57,441 nt of DNA, from assembly GCA_963991775.1 (NCBI GenBank), contig CAXDRM010000001.1, forward strand, positions 1-57,441, read 5' to 3'. A model generated the notes under the pieces. The model ran no database searches. It was not told the origin of the DNA and worked only from the letters and a program-made list of their open reading frames with translations. The first letter of the stretch is position 1. Each line of letters begins with the position of its first letter. This document shows, piece after piece, positions 36,533-46,306 of this stretch. Position numbers and translations under genes: made by a program. The stretch comes from an uncultured Rickettsiales bacterium. Its GTDB lineage: Bacteria > Pseudomonadota > Alphaproteobacteria > Rickettsiales > JABIRX01.

Positions 36533-37896
36533 TTTATAAACAGCAACTCATTTTGGTTATCAGAAAATACATTATCTGGGAAAACTAAATCTCGATTAAC
36601 GAAGACTTTGATTCTAGTACCATGCGGTATAGTAATAGTTGGCGCAGTATTTAAAATACCATCTAACACTGTTTCCGCTGTATCACTAATATCAGAAATT
36701 ATGGTCTGGCCGGCAATATCAGATACAGATACTGTGGTAGTTTCATCACCGCTTGAATCTGTTTCTGTAGTTTGGCCATTAGTACTAGATATTTCTTCAA
36801 CCGCTAAAGCTGTACCAACTGTAAGTAAGCTTAATAAAATCGAATTGTTGAATAATTCTAAATATTTATTATCTACACTACCTCCTACACCAGATCTACC
36901 AAATTGATCTGTTGCTGGTGAACCAATTTGAATATCTATCGCATCAGGTCTGATTAAACGATTCCAAGTAATTAATACTCTTGTTTGACCACGCTGCACA
37001 CCATTATCATATGAACCAATGAGTCGAGAACCTCTAGGCACCAAAATCTGTCTGCCAAAATCTGCAAATATATCACGAGATACAATAGCTCTTACTTTTC
37101 CTTCTAAATCGGTATTTACTGCTGTTTCAAGCACAGCATCTATTAATTTACCTTCCGCTATGGTTCTCTCAGGAAACTCAATGCGTGTTGCTTGCGCCTG
37201 TTCAGCTTCAGAAACAGCTATTGGAGTAAGAGCCTCTCCAGAAAGTGTGGTACTATCACCAGTAAAACCATTTTTTAACATAATTGAAGGCACTTCTTCA
37301 GGAACTGATTGAGTTGTGACTTCCGGTGTAGCAAGTATATCACTATTTAAATTATCACCTACTTCACCCTGTATAACCTCATCAGGAAATAGTACATTTT
37401 GGTCATCTCCAGACTGATTAAGCTGATTTAATTCACTAAAAATATCATCCTCTGCAAATTCTGGACTAATATCAAAATCACTAGCAGAAGGAACCTCTTC
37501 TAGCGATAGGGTTGGCAATTCTGGTACTTCGAGCTCTACCATCTCAACTACAGGATTTTCTTGCGGAGAAACTTCATCTATTAATGGCTTTACTTCATCT
37601 TCAGGAAAAGGCTCAACATTATATACTGGCGCTTGTTCATCATTTCTAGCTTCGTCAAATACTTTTACCTCATTAGCTTCTTCCACACTTTCTTCCTCTC
37701 CTGAACCTAACATCACATATAAAACTACTGCAGCAAAAACTATCAGGATAATTATACCCATAATTTTGCTAGAATTAGTAGCAGCAACCGCGGTACTTTG
37801 GTCTTCTATATCAGCATCATAAGACTCATCACCATAATCGGCAAAATCTTGTTCTTGCTCTTGGGCTTGCGCTGGTAAGTTATTCTGATCATCCAT
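36529..37896 (-). CDS. virB10: Type IV secretion protein VirB10 (TrbI domain)
   Basis: Acidic N-terminus, one TM helix (IIILIVFAAVVLYVML), an acidic/Pro-rich linker and a C-terminal TrbI-like core (GKLIDAVLETAVNTDLEGKVRAIVSRDIF...VPRGSRLIGSY). Confidence 0.9.
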   Translation of the reverse strand: MDDQNNLPAQAQEQEQDFADYGDESYDADIEDQSTAVAATNSSKIMGIIILIVFAAVVLYVMLGSGEEESVEEANEVKVFDEARNDEQAPVYNVEPFPEDEVKPLIDEVSPQENPVVEMVELEVPELPTLSLEEVPSASDFDISPEFAEDDIFSELNQLNQSGDDQNVLFPDEVIQGEVGDNLNSDILATPEVTTQSVPEEVPSIMLKNGFTGDSTTLSGEALTPIAVSEAEQAQATRIEFPERTIAEGKLIDAVLETAVNTDLEGKVRAIVSRDIFADFGRQILVPRGSRLIGSYDNGVQRGQTRVLITWNRLIRPDAIDIQIGSPATDQFGRSGVGGSVDNKYLELFNNSILLSLLTVGTALAVEEISSTNGQTTETDSSGDETTTVSVSDIAGQTIISDISDTAETVLDGILNTAPTITIPHGTRIKVFVNRDLVFPDNVFSDNQNELLFIK

Positions 37897-38812
37897 TTGG
37901 ATTATTTGTGAAATTTAATTTTTTTTCATTAAAAACACAGACTACATCTCTGTTATTACGTAGGCTAAATTGCCAAGCAGTATTACGCACTTTTACCAAA
38001 CCATTTTCTACGCTATATGTCGCAGCTGTTTCACTACCATCACGATTCACATAAAAAATATCTGGTAATAAATTATCAGCAAATTCAAAGTAAGTATTAA
38101 TACCATCATCATAGATTTTTACCGGAGAAATCTCAGTATTAGTGCCCACCACACTGTAATTATAATTATAGGATAATTCTGGGTTAATCTTATTTTCTGC
38201 CTGATTAGCAATATTACCTAGAAAAGCATCATTTTCTTGCAAACTTACCTCCTCTTCAGCAGGAACCTGCGGAGCTGGTGGTATTGGTGGAACCGGATTT
38301 TGTACAGGAGCTACAGGTGGAGTTTGCGGTATAGATTGTAAGTTATTTTGCTCTACCGGCAATAAATTATATTGCTCTAAAGGCTTTTTGATTTTTACCG
38401 TTTGCATAAAATCATAAGTTGTTTCAGGGTAGAAAAACTTAGCTACCAATACCAGCTCAGCATCTATTTGATCAAGAGGCAAATCACTAGAAATAATTTC
38501 AAAGTGATATGGTCTTTGCTCAGTAATAACGGTTAAATTAGTTTGCACTGATTTTTGTTTTGGCCTAATAAATAAACGATTATCTACCTGGGTCATATCC
38601 CAACCATAACTATCTCCTAAGGTAATTACTTTTAGCTCTTCTGTCTCAGGGAATTCGATATATGATTGATAATTATGGTGAAATTTTAGATTAAAAACCT
38701 CGGTCGGGCTATAAATCAAAGTTTTGATACGCGCATCCGTAGTAATTGGCACATAAGCTAGTGCCGAGGCACAGGTTAAAAAATAGCATAAAAATAATAT
38801 TAATTTCTTCAT
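37889..38812 (-). CDS. virB9: Type IV secretion protein VirB9 (CagX/VirB9 family)
   Basis: Signal peptide, IKTLIYSPTEVFNLKFHHNYQSYIEF (VirB9 N-domain pattern), a Pro-rich linker and a C-terminal beta domain. It overlaps its neighbours by 4-8 nt. Confidence 0.9.
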   Translation of the reverse strand: MKKLILFLCYFLTCASALAYVPITTDARIKTLIYSPTEVFNLKFHHNYQSYIEFPETEELKVITLGDSYGWDMTQVDNRLFIRPKQKSVQTNLTVITEQRPYHFEIISSDLPLDQIDAELVLVAKFFYPETTYDFMQTVKIKKPLEQYNLLPVEQNNLQSIPQTPPVAPVQNPVPPIPPAPQVPAEEEVSLQENDAFLGNIANQAENKINPELSYNYNYSVVGTNTEISPVKIYDDGINTYFEFADNLLPDIFYVNRDGSETAATYSVENGLVKVRNTAWQFSLRNNRDVVCVFNEKKLNFTNNPNG

Positions 38813-39579
38813 CTATCAGCTACAAAATCTTCATTCACACGATATTCAACCACTCTAAAACCCAAAGGATTAATTAATCTTTCTTCCAAAGAAATGTTCA
38901 AATTAGCAAACTGATATTGCATATATATAATTTTATGCTCTTCCTTAACTATAGAATTACCACGTAAATGCTTGACTAAAATTCTGATTTGTTTGGCGCC
39001 ATCAATATCTTGCATTGATTTAATCTTAACTTCTAATCTGATTCTTCTTTCATAAAGATTAACTGGGCTGTTTTCATTTCTGGTAGATACTAAATTTCTA
39101 AAGTTACGATAAATTACCGCATTAGAGAATAATCTTACTACCTTGTGATAATCATAACTATAAGTACGATAATCATAACCTTCTCTGGCACGCACATAAG
39201 TATAAATAAAATATTGTTGAATTACCTCATCAGCAGTAAATTCTTTGATTGAAACTTGATCTACCACAGTTGGTATACCGGTTTTTTCTTCTATCTCAAC
39301 AATGAAAGGCTCAATTGATTTATTTTGGCTAATCTGATTTATATAAAGCATCCCTCCAAAAATGGCTAAGGTAGCTGCTACAACTAATAAAAATAAAAAA
39401 TTTCTTTGAATGACAACGATAGTATATCTATCTTGATACCAGTTACGTTTTTCAATAGTTTTTTTAGCTTTTTTTTGCGCTTTATTATCAGCCATTTTAC
39501 TAGCTGATAATTGCTTTTTATTTTGAACCAATGCTTGAGATTCAGCTACTTGCTTTTCCTGATTTTTCTTCTTGAACAT
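38809..39579 (-). CDS. virB8: Type IV secretion protein VirB8
   Basis: NWYQDRY followed by a single TM helix (FLFLLVVAATLAIFGGMLYI) and an NTF2-like periplasmic domain. Its position is upstream of virB9. Confidence 0.85.
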   Translation of the reverse strand: MFKKKNQEKQVAESQALVQNKKQLSASKMADNKAQKKAKKTIEKRNWYQDRYTIVVIQRNFLFLLVVAATLAIFGGMLYINQISQNKSIEPFIVEIEEKTGIPTVVDQVSIKEFTADEVIQQYFIYTYVRAREGYDYRTYSYDYHKVVRLFSNAVIYRNFRNLVSTRNENSPVNLYERRIRLEVKIKSMQDIDGAKQIRILVKHLRGNSIVKEEHKIIYMQYQFANLNISLEERLINPLGFRVVEYRVNEDFVADR

Positions 39580-39591
39580 TACAGCAATATT

Positions 39592-40215
39592 TTACCTTTT
39601 TTTAGCATAAGTGGGCCTAATGTAAAGTGGTTTGAATCTATACAAATTTGGCAAATTAGGCAATTTAAAAATATTTGCAAATTTCAAAGATTTATGACTC
39701 GTCAGCTGATAATCATTTGTAAAACCCAAAGGAAAATCACTAACTATAAAACTTTTCTTAGACAGCTCTGCCTGCAACATATCATGCGCAATAATTTTAG
39801 GCTCAGCAGCCAGGGTCAAATTATGATTGAGTTTTTGGTAATATGCTTCTTGTTTATTTTTTCCACAATTTATCAAAAGCTCTATTTGAGGATATTTTGC
39901 TATTTCAGACAAAAAATTACTCAGATAATAATGAAAATTACTAAGCGGTACCACCTTAATATCAGAGCTATGCAATAGACCTTTTAAAAATGCTAGCCCA
40001 ACTCTAATGCCAGTAAAACTGCCAGGGCCAATTAAAATTATTACTTCGCTAATTTCTGAAAACTTAATATTTTGCTCATCAAGAAACCCCTCTAAAAGCT
40101 CGGCTATATCTTCTGCTTGGTGACCTTCATGAGTAGAAATTTTTTCTAAAATTTGTTCATCTCTAGCAAGAGCAATTTGTATAATTCCTACAGTAGTATC
40201 GATAGCAAGCTTCAT
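39592..40215 (-). CDS. tsaB: tRNA t6A37 modification protein TsaB (YeaZ family)
   Basis: MKLAIDTT....IAL... and IGPGSFTGIRVGLAFLKGL are YeaZ/TsaB signatures. Confidence 0.85.
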   Translation of the reverse strand: MKLAIDTTVGIIQIALARDEQILEKISTHEGHQAEDIAELLEGFLDEQNIKFSEISEVIILIGPGSFTGIRVGLAFLKGLLHSSDIKVVPLSNFHYYLSNFLSEIAKYPQIELLINCGKNKQEAYYQKLNHNLTLAAEPKIIAHDMLQAELSKKSFIVSDFPLGFTNDYQLTSHKSLKFANIFKLPNLPNLYRFKPLYIRPTYAKKR

Positions 40216-40232
40216 GGTTTCTTAAAATTGAG

Positions 40233-40308
40233 TGGTGGTCAGGGGCGGAATCGAACCGCCGACACAAGGATTTTCAGTCCTTTGCTCTACCGACTGAGCT
40301 ACCTAACC
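40233..40308 (-). tRNA. tRNA-Phe (anticodon GAA), CCA encoded
   Basis: The reverse complement reads GGTTAGGTAGCTCAGTCGGTAGAGCAAAGGACTGAAAATCCTTGTGTCGGCGGTTCGATTCCGCCCCTGACCACCA. It forms a full cloverleaf with anticodon loop CTGAAAA. Confidence 0.95.
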
Positions 40309-40414
40309 ACAATAAGCATGTTCTACATGCTATTTGCATTACTAAAAATTTTTAGAAATTGCAAAAGAGGTTTAGAGAGGGCTTTATAACTGAAAATCTG
40401 ATCTTATGTCAATA

Positions 40415-41422
40415 TTATAATTCAATCGGGCGAATAAAATGACAAGTATAACCACGTGGATTTTTTTGCAAGTAATCCTGATGATAATCTTCTGCAGCGT
40501 AAAATTCTCCGGCAGGAGTTATTTCAGTGACCACTTTACCTTTATAAAAACCTGCTTCATTTGCTAAATTTTTAACTTGTTCAGCTGTTTTCTTCTGCTG
40601 CTCATTCTGATAAAAAATTGCAGATCTATATTGCACACCAATATCATTACCTTGCTGATTTAAAGTAGTAGGATCATGAATCTTAAAAAAGAATTTTACT
40701 ATATCAGCATAAGAAATTTTTTGTGGATCAAAAACTACTTTCAAAGTTTCAGCATGACCGCCAATACCTTTACTTACTAATTCATAAGCAGGATCATTCA
40801 AAGTACCACCACTATATCCAACTTCCGTATTAATGACTCCAGGTAATTTACGAAATAATTCTTCCATACCCCAAAAGCAACCACCTGCTAATAAAGCTAC
40901 TTCACTTTTTTCTATATTTGCCTCAGCCTCTAAAACCTCTTCACCAAATAAAGCTAAATATTCAGCATAACCTTCTTTAGCTAAATCATCCTTATGAATA
41001 AAACGCAATGAAGCAGAATTAATACAGTAACGCATACCACCCTTATCTCGTGGCCCATCGTTAAACACATGACCTAAATGAGCATCAGATTTACTTGCTT
41101 TAACTTCGATTCTACTCATACCATGACTATAATCTTGATGCTCTGAGACAATTTCTTGATTAATAGGCTTAGTAAAACTTGGCCAACCCGTACCTGAATC
41201 AAATTTATCTAGCGAAGAAAATAATGGCTCACCTGTGGTTACATCAACATAAATACCAGGCTCTTTATTATCCCAATATTTATTATTAAAAGCAGGCTCA
41301 GTGCCACTATGTTGCGTAACATATTCTTGAATATCAGTTAGATTTTTAAGATTTTTTTTATATTTAGTTTCTGCCATAGCATTAGGAATAATTAAAATAA
41401 TAAATAATAAGATTTTTAGCAT
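40415..41422 (-). CDS. msrAB: Exported bifunctional methionine sulfoxide reductase, MsrB domain then MsrA domain
   Basis: Signal peptide, then MsrB motifs (GTGWPSF, RYCINS), then the MsrA motif GGCFWG and YHQDYL. Confidence 0.9.
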   Translation of the reverse strand: MLKILLFIILIIPNAMAETKYKKNLKNLTDIQEYVTQHSGTEPAFNNKYWDNKEPGIYVDVTTGEPLFSSLDKFDSGTGWPSFTKPINQEIVSEHQDYSHGMSRIEVKASKSDAHLGHVFNDGPRDKGGMRYCINSASLRFIHKDDLAKEGYAEYLALFGEEVLEAEANIEKSEVALLAGGCFWGMEELFRKLPGVINTEVGYSGGTLNDPAYELVSKGIGGHAETLKVVFDPQKISYADIVKFFFKIHDPTTLNQQGNDIGVQYRSAIFYQNEQQKKTAEQVKNLANEAGFYKGKVVTEITPAGEFYAAEDYHQDYLQKNPRGYTCHFIRPIEL

Positions 41423-41583
41423 AAGTGACTTTCAATTTTATTAACATTATGCCTTTTTTTGCAGTACAGAACAAGTTACAAATTTGTAAAGCACAAGAAA
41501 GTTTGATCCGCACCTTATATAGCACGGTTAAAACCTCTATAAATATTTTAAAATTATTTTGCTAAAGAATTAAGCAAGATAAA

Positions 41584-41979
41584 TTATTGCTCTATCTCTA
41601 GAGATATATCCTCTTCTATTACTACATCATCTACTAGTGGAGCTTCCTCTGCTATCTCTGACTGAGCTTCGTCAGCTACTTTGGCCGCTTCAGCAGCAGC
41701 TTCTGCTTCTGCGTTGAATTTATTATATGTAGTAATTAATTTTTTACGTTTTTTACTGTAATATTTATAATCTTCATTTTCGGGATCAGCAGCCACAGCT
41801 TCTAAAAACAATTTAGCACAAGCATCATCAGCTACTGACTGACAATTTGCCTCGCTATAGTTTTTGATAATTTCTAAAAGTCTTTCATCATTAGCTTCAG
41901 GAGAGTCAACAAAATTTGCCTGAGCACCAAAAGATAATATACAAAGTAAAGCAGCTAGTTTTTTCATATTAATAGTCAT
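41584..41979 (-). CDS. Hypothetical exported acidic protein
   Basis: Signal peptide (MKKLAALLCILSFGAQA) and an Ala/Glu-rich C-terminal half. No family recognised. Confidence 0.45.
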   Translation of the reverse strand: MTINMKKLAALLCILSFGAQANFVDSPEANDERLLEIIKNYSEANCQSVADDACAKLFLEAVAADPENEDYKYYSKKRKKLITTYNKFNAEAEAAAEAAKVADEAQSEIAEEAPLVDDVVIEEDISLEIEQ

Positions 41980-42095
41980 AAGTCATCGCTAAAATAATAA
42001 GTACTGTAGGTAAAAACAAAATAGCTAGTTCCATAATCAAGGCCATAAAATTTCCAGGAAAACAATAAACAAAGCATTTTTGTAAAGCAATGATT

Positions 42096-43316
42096 TTATT
42101 GCTTATAGTTTTTTTCTAATGCCTGTAAACCGTAAATACCCTCTCCTTTAAGCCATTCTAAAAACGCTCCTCCTCCTGTAGATAAATAAGTAAAGCTTTG
42201 TTTTAAACCAGAAGCCTTAAGAGCTGCTACCACATCTCCACCTCCAGCTATTGAGATTAATTTTCCTTGCGTAGTTAAGCTAGCTACTGTTCTTGCCAAA
42301 TCCTCTGTCGCTATATTAAATGGACGATATTCAAACGCGCCTAATGGACCATTCCACATAATAGTTTTACATTCTTGTAAAATTTGCGCCAAATTTATGC
42401 AACTGTCCGGACCAAGATCTAAAATCATTTTTTCAGCAGGAACTTTATCAACTGAAACAATCTCGCAATCATCGGGATTTTCTAACTTACTTGCAACTAC
42501 TACATCAGTTGGCAAAATGATCTGACAATTATGCTCTTTAGCTTTGGCTATAATTTCTGTTGCACTATTTAGCAAATCCTCTTCACATAAAGACTTACCT
42601 ACAGCATAGCCTTTAGCTTTTAAAAAAGTATTAGCCATACCGCCACCAATAATTAAAAAATCAGTTTTAGTAACTAAACTTGCTAAAACATCTAATTTAG
42701 TAGAAACTTTAGAACCACCAACTAAAGCGGCAAATGGTTGTTTAGGTGCTGCTAAAATAGCTGAAATGGTTTTAATTTCTTGGGCAAAAAGCAAACCAGC
42801 AGCTGCTGGCAACATACCAGCCAGACCAGTGATTGAAGCATGATCTCGATGTGAACAAGAAAAAGTATCATTAACAAAAATATCACCTAATTTTGCCAAA
42901 CCTTTGACAAATTCTGCATCATTCTTTTTTTCTCCAGGATAAAAACGTAAATTCTCTAAGAGTAGTACTTCTCCCTCTGCCAAATTAGCAACAGCTTTTT
43001 CTGCTTCACCACCAATACAATCAACTGCAAACTTAACCTGCAATCCATCTAAAAAGTCATTAATCGTATCAACTAATGGCGCTAGAGATAATTCAATATC
43101 AAATTTGCCTTTAGGGCGACCAAAATGCGAAATCAAAATTACTTTAGCTTGTTGTTCAACCAAATATTTTATCGTAGGAATTACTCGCTCTATGCGGGCA
43201 GCATCAACTATCTTTCCATGCAACATCGGCACATTCAAATCAACACGCACCAATATTCTTTTACCTTTTACGTCAAAATCTTGTATCTGGTTAATATCCT
43301 TCATGGAACTTAGCAA
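42096..43316 (-). CDS. pgk: Phosphoglycerate kinase
   Basis: KRILVRVDLNVP, ISHFGRPKG and STGGGAFLE are canonical PGK motifs. Confidence 0.97.
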   Translation of the reverse strand: MLSSMKDINQIQDFDVKGKRILVRVDLNVPMLHGKIVDAARIERVIPTIKYLVEQQAKVILISHFGRPKGKFDIELSLAPLVDTINDFLDGLQVKFAVDCIGGEAEKAVANLAEGEVLLLENLRFYPGEKKNDAEFVKGLAKLGDIFVNDTFSCSHRDHASITGLAGMLPAAAGLLFAQEIKTISAILAAPKQPFAALVGGSKVSTKLDVLASLVTKTDFLIIGGGMANTFLKAKGYAVGKSLCEEDLLNSATEIIAKAKEHNCQIILPTDVVVASKLENPDDCEIVSVDKVPAEKMILDLGPDSCINLAQILQECKTIMWNGPLGAFEYRPFNIATEDLARTVASLTTQGKLISIAGGGDVVAALKASGLKQSFTYLSTGGGAFLEWLKGEGIYGLQALEKNYKQ

Positions 43317-43592
43317 TTAAGCTGAGATTTTATGCAGATTTTTACTGCATCTAAATGCTGGTAATGATTTACCTGGAACTTTGTGTAATTGCTCGGTATG
43401 TGGATTAAAAATCTCTCTTTCATTTAATCTTTTTAATTTAAAAACTCCGAAATTTCTAATTTCGATTCTTTCATCATTTTTTAAAGATTTTGCGATAGTT
43501 TGAAAGAATTTATCTACAACTAACTCAACATATTTCTCATCTAAAGAGACATATTTTTCTTTTAATTTTTTGATTAAAATTTTTCTTTCCAT
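43317..43592 (-). CDS. ihfB: Integration host factor beta subunit (HU/IHF family)
   Basis: 91 aa with RIEIRNFGVFKLK...R..RNP.T and P....PAF. It lies downstream of rpsA, as in the classical cmk-rpsA-ihfB synteny. Confidence 0.8.
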   Translation of the reverse strand: MERKILIKKLKEKYVSLDEKYVELVVDKFFQTIAKSLKNDERIEIRNFGVFKLKRLNEREIFNPHTEQLHKVPGKSLPAFRCSKNLHKISA

Positions 43593-44477
43593 CTAAAACA
43601 CCGCCAGTAATTGCATCATACCACTCATCTTAGAAATAAAATTTAGATTTAGCAATTTCTTTATTTTATTTTGTGGTGGCTCTAAAGAAAGTTGTTTAAT
43701 TTGAGTAACTAACACATTATTTTGCTGCAACCAGCTAAGCGCTGTATCACTATCACCTAAAGCATCTATTAAGTTTAACTCCTTAGCTTTTTTACCAATA
43801 AAAACCTTACCAGAAGATATTTCAGCTAATTGCTGATCATTTAATTTAGTACGACGCTCTGCTACAATAGCAAGAAATACTTCTTGTGATTGATCGATCA
43901 AATCTTGCAAATACGCCTTAGTATCAGCATCAGATTTTTCTGCAGGATGCGGAGCTGCTTTATATTTATCAGATTTAATAATTAAAGGGCTAATCCCAAT
44001 TTTTTGAGCTAATTCAGTAAGATCAAAACTTTGCAATAAAACACCAACTGAACCTGTTAAACTACCATTACTTGCTACAATATAATCCGAACCAAGAGCA
44101 GCCATATAAGCAGCGCTAGTTGCTTGATCACCAAGTACCGCAACTACAGGTTTAACCTGAGAAATTTGTAAAAACTTTTGGTAAAGCCTTTCACCTCCAA
44201 CGAAAGTACCACCTGGGCTGTTAATATTAACAATTACCGCCTGAATTTCGTCATTATCAACTATAGCATCAAGAACTTTATTACGCGCAGGATCATCAGC
44301 AATAAAGCCGGCTAGCTCTATCTCGGCAATATAACCTTCTCTAAAAATTTGCTTTTCGCCTTCGGGGAGTTGTAGCAATAAAAGTAAAGCTAAGATTAAT
44401 GCGATAAAACGCCATTTACTTAGCTTTTTCATAAAAACTTTGCGCTCAATCAGAGCCGATACTGCTTTACTAACCAT
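43593..44477 (-). CDS. sppA: Signal peptide peptidase SppA, 36K type (S49)
   Basis: N-terminal TM helix, VNINSPGGT and ATSAAYMAALGSDYIVAS (catalytic Ser region). Confidence 0.85.
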   Translation of the reverse strand: MVSKAVSALIERKVFMKKLSKWRFIALILALLLLLQLPEGEKQIFREGYIAEIELAGFIADDPARNKVLDAIVDNDEIQAVIVNINSPGGTFVGGERLYQKFLQISQVKPVVAVLGDQATSAAYMAALGSDYIVASNGSLTGSVGVLLQSFDLTELAQKIGISPLIIKSDKYKAAPHPAEKSDADTKAYLQDLIDQSQEVFLAIVAERRTKLNDQQLAEISSGKVFIGKKAKELNLIDALGDSDTALSWLQQNNVLVTQIKQLSLEPPQNKIKKLLNLNFISKMSGMMQLLAVF

Positions 44478-44503
44478 TTGTGATAAATTTAAAACCTACA
44501 ATA

Positions 44504-46225
44504 TTAGGCTTTATTTTTATCATCACTAACAGTTTCGTCAAGAGCACTTCCTAAAATATCTCCTAAACTTGCACCACTAGTTACAGAACCATATTCTTTA
44601 ATAGCGTCTTTTTCTTCTTGAATTTCTAATGCTTTGATAGAAAGAATAATCTTGCGCTGCTCTTTATCTAGCTTGATAACTTTAGCATCAATTTTCTCAC
44701 CAACTGCAAAACGATCAATTCTTTGGTCAGCTTTATCTTTTGCTAAATCTTGTTTCTTAATAAAGACTTGTACATCTGTATCACTAACATTAACACTGAT
44801 ACCATCATTTTTAAGATCAGCAACTACACAAGTAACTAGATCATCTTTATTTAAAGTTTCAGTTAAGTCACCAAAAGGATCTTTAGTAAGCTGTTTTAAA
44901 CCTAAGCTTAAACGCTCTTTTGCTGGATCCAACTCTAAGATTTTAACTGATAATTCATCACCAACTTGATATTTTTTAGCTTCTTGTTTTGCATCACCAG
45001 ACCAAGATAAATCTGAAAAATGCAACAAACCGTCTATATCAACAGCAACTTCAAGATAAAAACCAAAATCAGTTGCAGCTTTGATTGACGCTTTAATTTC
45101 ATCACCCACCTTGTGAGTTTGAATTAATGCATCCCAAGGGTTAGCATTACAACGTTTCATACTTAGAGAGATACGATGCTTATCACGATCAATTTCTAAA
45201 ATAACTACCTCTACTTCTTCACCAGATTTTAAATCTTTGATTGGATCAGAAATAGATTTTGTCCAAGTAATCTCAGAAACGTGAACCAGACCTTCAATAC
45301 CTTTCTTAAGCTCGACAAACACACCATAATCAGTGATATTGGTAATTTTACCTTTAAGTTTTTTACCTTCATCAAGACTTTTTGAAATATCAACCCATGG
45401 ATCATTTTCTAATTGCTTAATTCCTAATGATACTTGTCTTTTTTCTGCATCATATTTGATGATTTTAACTTTAATTTTTTGACCTAAAGATAATACTTCA
45501 GATGGATGCGTAATACGTGACCAAGAAATATCAGCAATATGCACTAAACCATCGATAGCTCCTAAATCTATAAAAGCACCATAATTTGTGATATTTTTGA
45601 CAATTCCTTCTAATTCTTGACCTTCTTCGATTTTATCAAGAACTTTATCCACAGTTTTTCTGTGGCTATCTTCTAGGATAGCACGTCTTGATACTACTAC
45701 GTTACCACGTAACTCATCCATTTTAAGAACTTTAAATTGCTCTAAATGACCAGTCAAAGCTGAAAGATCTTTAATTGGACGTACATCAACCTGACTACCT
45801 GGCAAGAAAGCAATTAAATTATTAATTTGCACAGTAAAACCACCTTTAACTCGGCCAGTAATTTCACCTTCAACTACTTCATCAGCTTCATATTTAGCTT
45901 TAATCTCTTCCCAAGATTTTTCTTGTAAGACTCTTTGTCTACTTAATTTTAGACTACCATCTGAACCTTCATATGATTCAAGAAATACTTCTATTTTATC
46001 ACCAGTATTATAGCTTTTTTGCTCTTCTTGACTAAGCTCTTTAAGATCAACAAACCCTTCTGATTTTAAACCAACATCAATGATCAAATGAGTTCCTGTT
46101 ACTTCGGTAATAATACCTTCAACTACGGAAGCTTCTCTTGATTGTGTATCGAATGATTGTTTTAATAATGAAGAAAAATCATTGTCTGGTGTATCAGCAA
46201 TGGTGATTTGTTGTAACTCAGCCAT
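44504..46225 (-). CDS. rpsA: 30S ribosomal protein S1
   Basis: 573 aa with six S1/OB repeats (G.V..I...GA.FVDLG..DGL.HISD-type motifs recur). Confidence 0.97.
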   Translation of the reverse strand: MAELQQITIADTPDNDFSSLLKQSFDTQSREASVVEGIITEVTGTHLIIDVGLKSEGFVDLKELSQEEQKSYNTGDKIEVFLESYEGSDGSLKLSRQRVLQEKSWEEIKAKYEADEVVEGEITGRVKGGFTVQINNLIAFLPGSQVDVRPIKDLSALTGHLEQFKVLKMDELRGNVVVSRRAILEDSHRKTVDKVLDKIEEGQELEGIVKNITNYGAFIDLGAIDGLVHIADISWSRITHPSEVLSLGQKIKVKIIKYDAEKRQVSLGIKQLENDPWVDISKSLDEGKKLKGKITNITDYGVFVELKKGIEGLVHVSEITWTKSISDPIKDLKSGEEVEVVILEIDRDKHRISLSMKRCNANPWDALIQTHKVGDEIKASIKAATDFGFYLEVAVDIDGLLHFSDLSWSGDAKQEAKKYQVGDELSVKILELDPAKERLSLGLKQLTKDPFGDLTETLNKDDLVTCVVADLKNDGISVNVSDTDVQVFIKKQDLAKDKADQRIDRFAVGEKIDAKVIKLDKEQRKIILSIKALEIQEEKDAIKEYGSVTSGASLGDILGSALDETVSDDKNKA

Positions 46226-46306
46226 TTAAAAAATTTAGTTAGGTTAATAAAAGGGTTATACTTTTATACCTTTTGACTAGTAATGTCAAACTTATAGGGC
46301 TTTTAG

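Noticed and set aside
39511-40389. ORFs 39511..39978 and 40153..40389 lie on the plus strand.
   Set aside because: The first is antisense to tsaB and the virB8 start, with an AT-rich junk-like sequence. The second runs straight through tRNA-Phe on the opposite strand.
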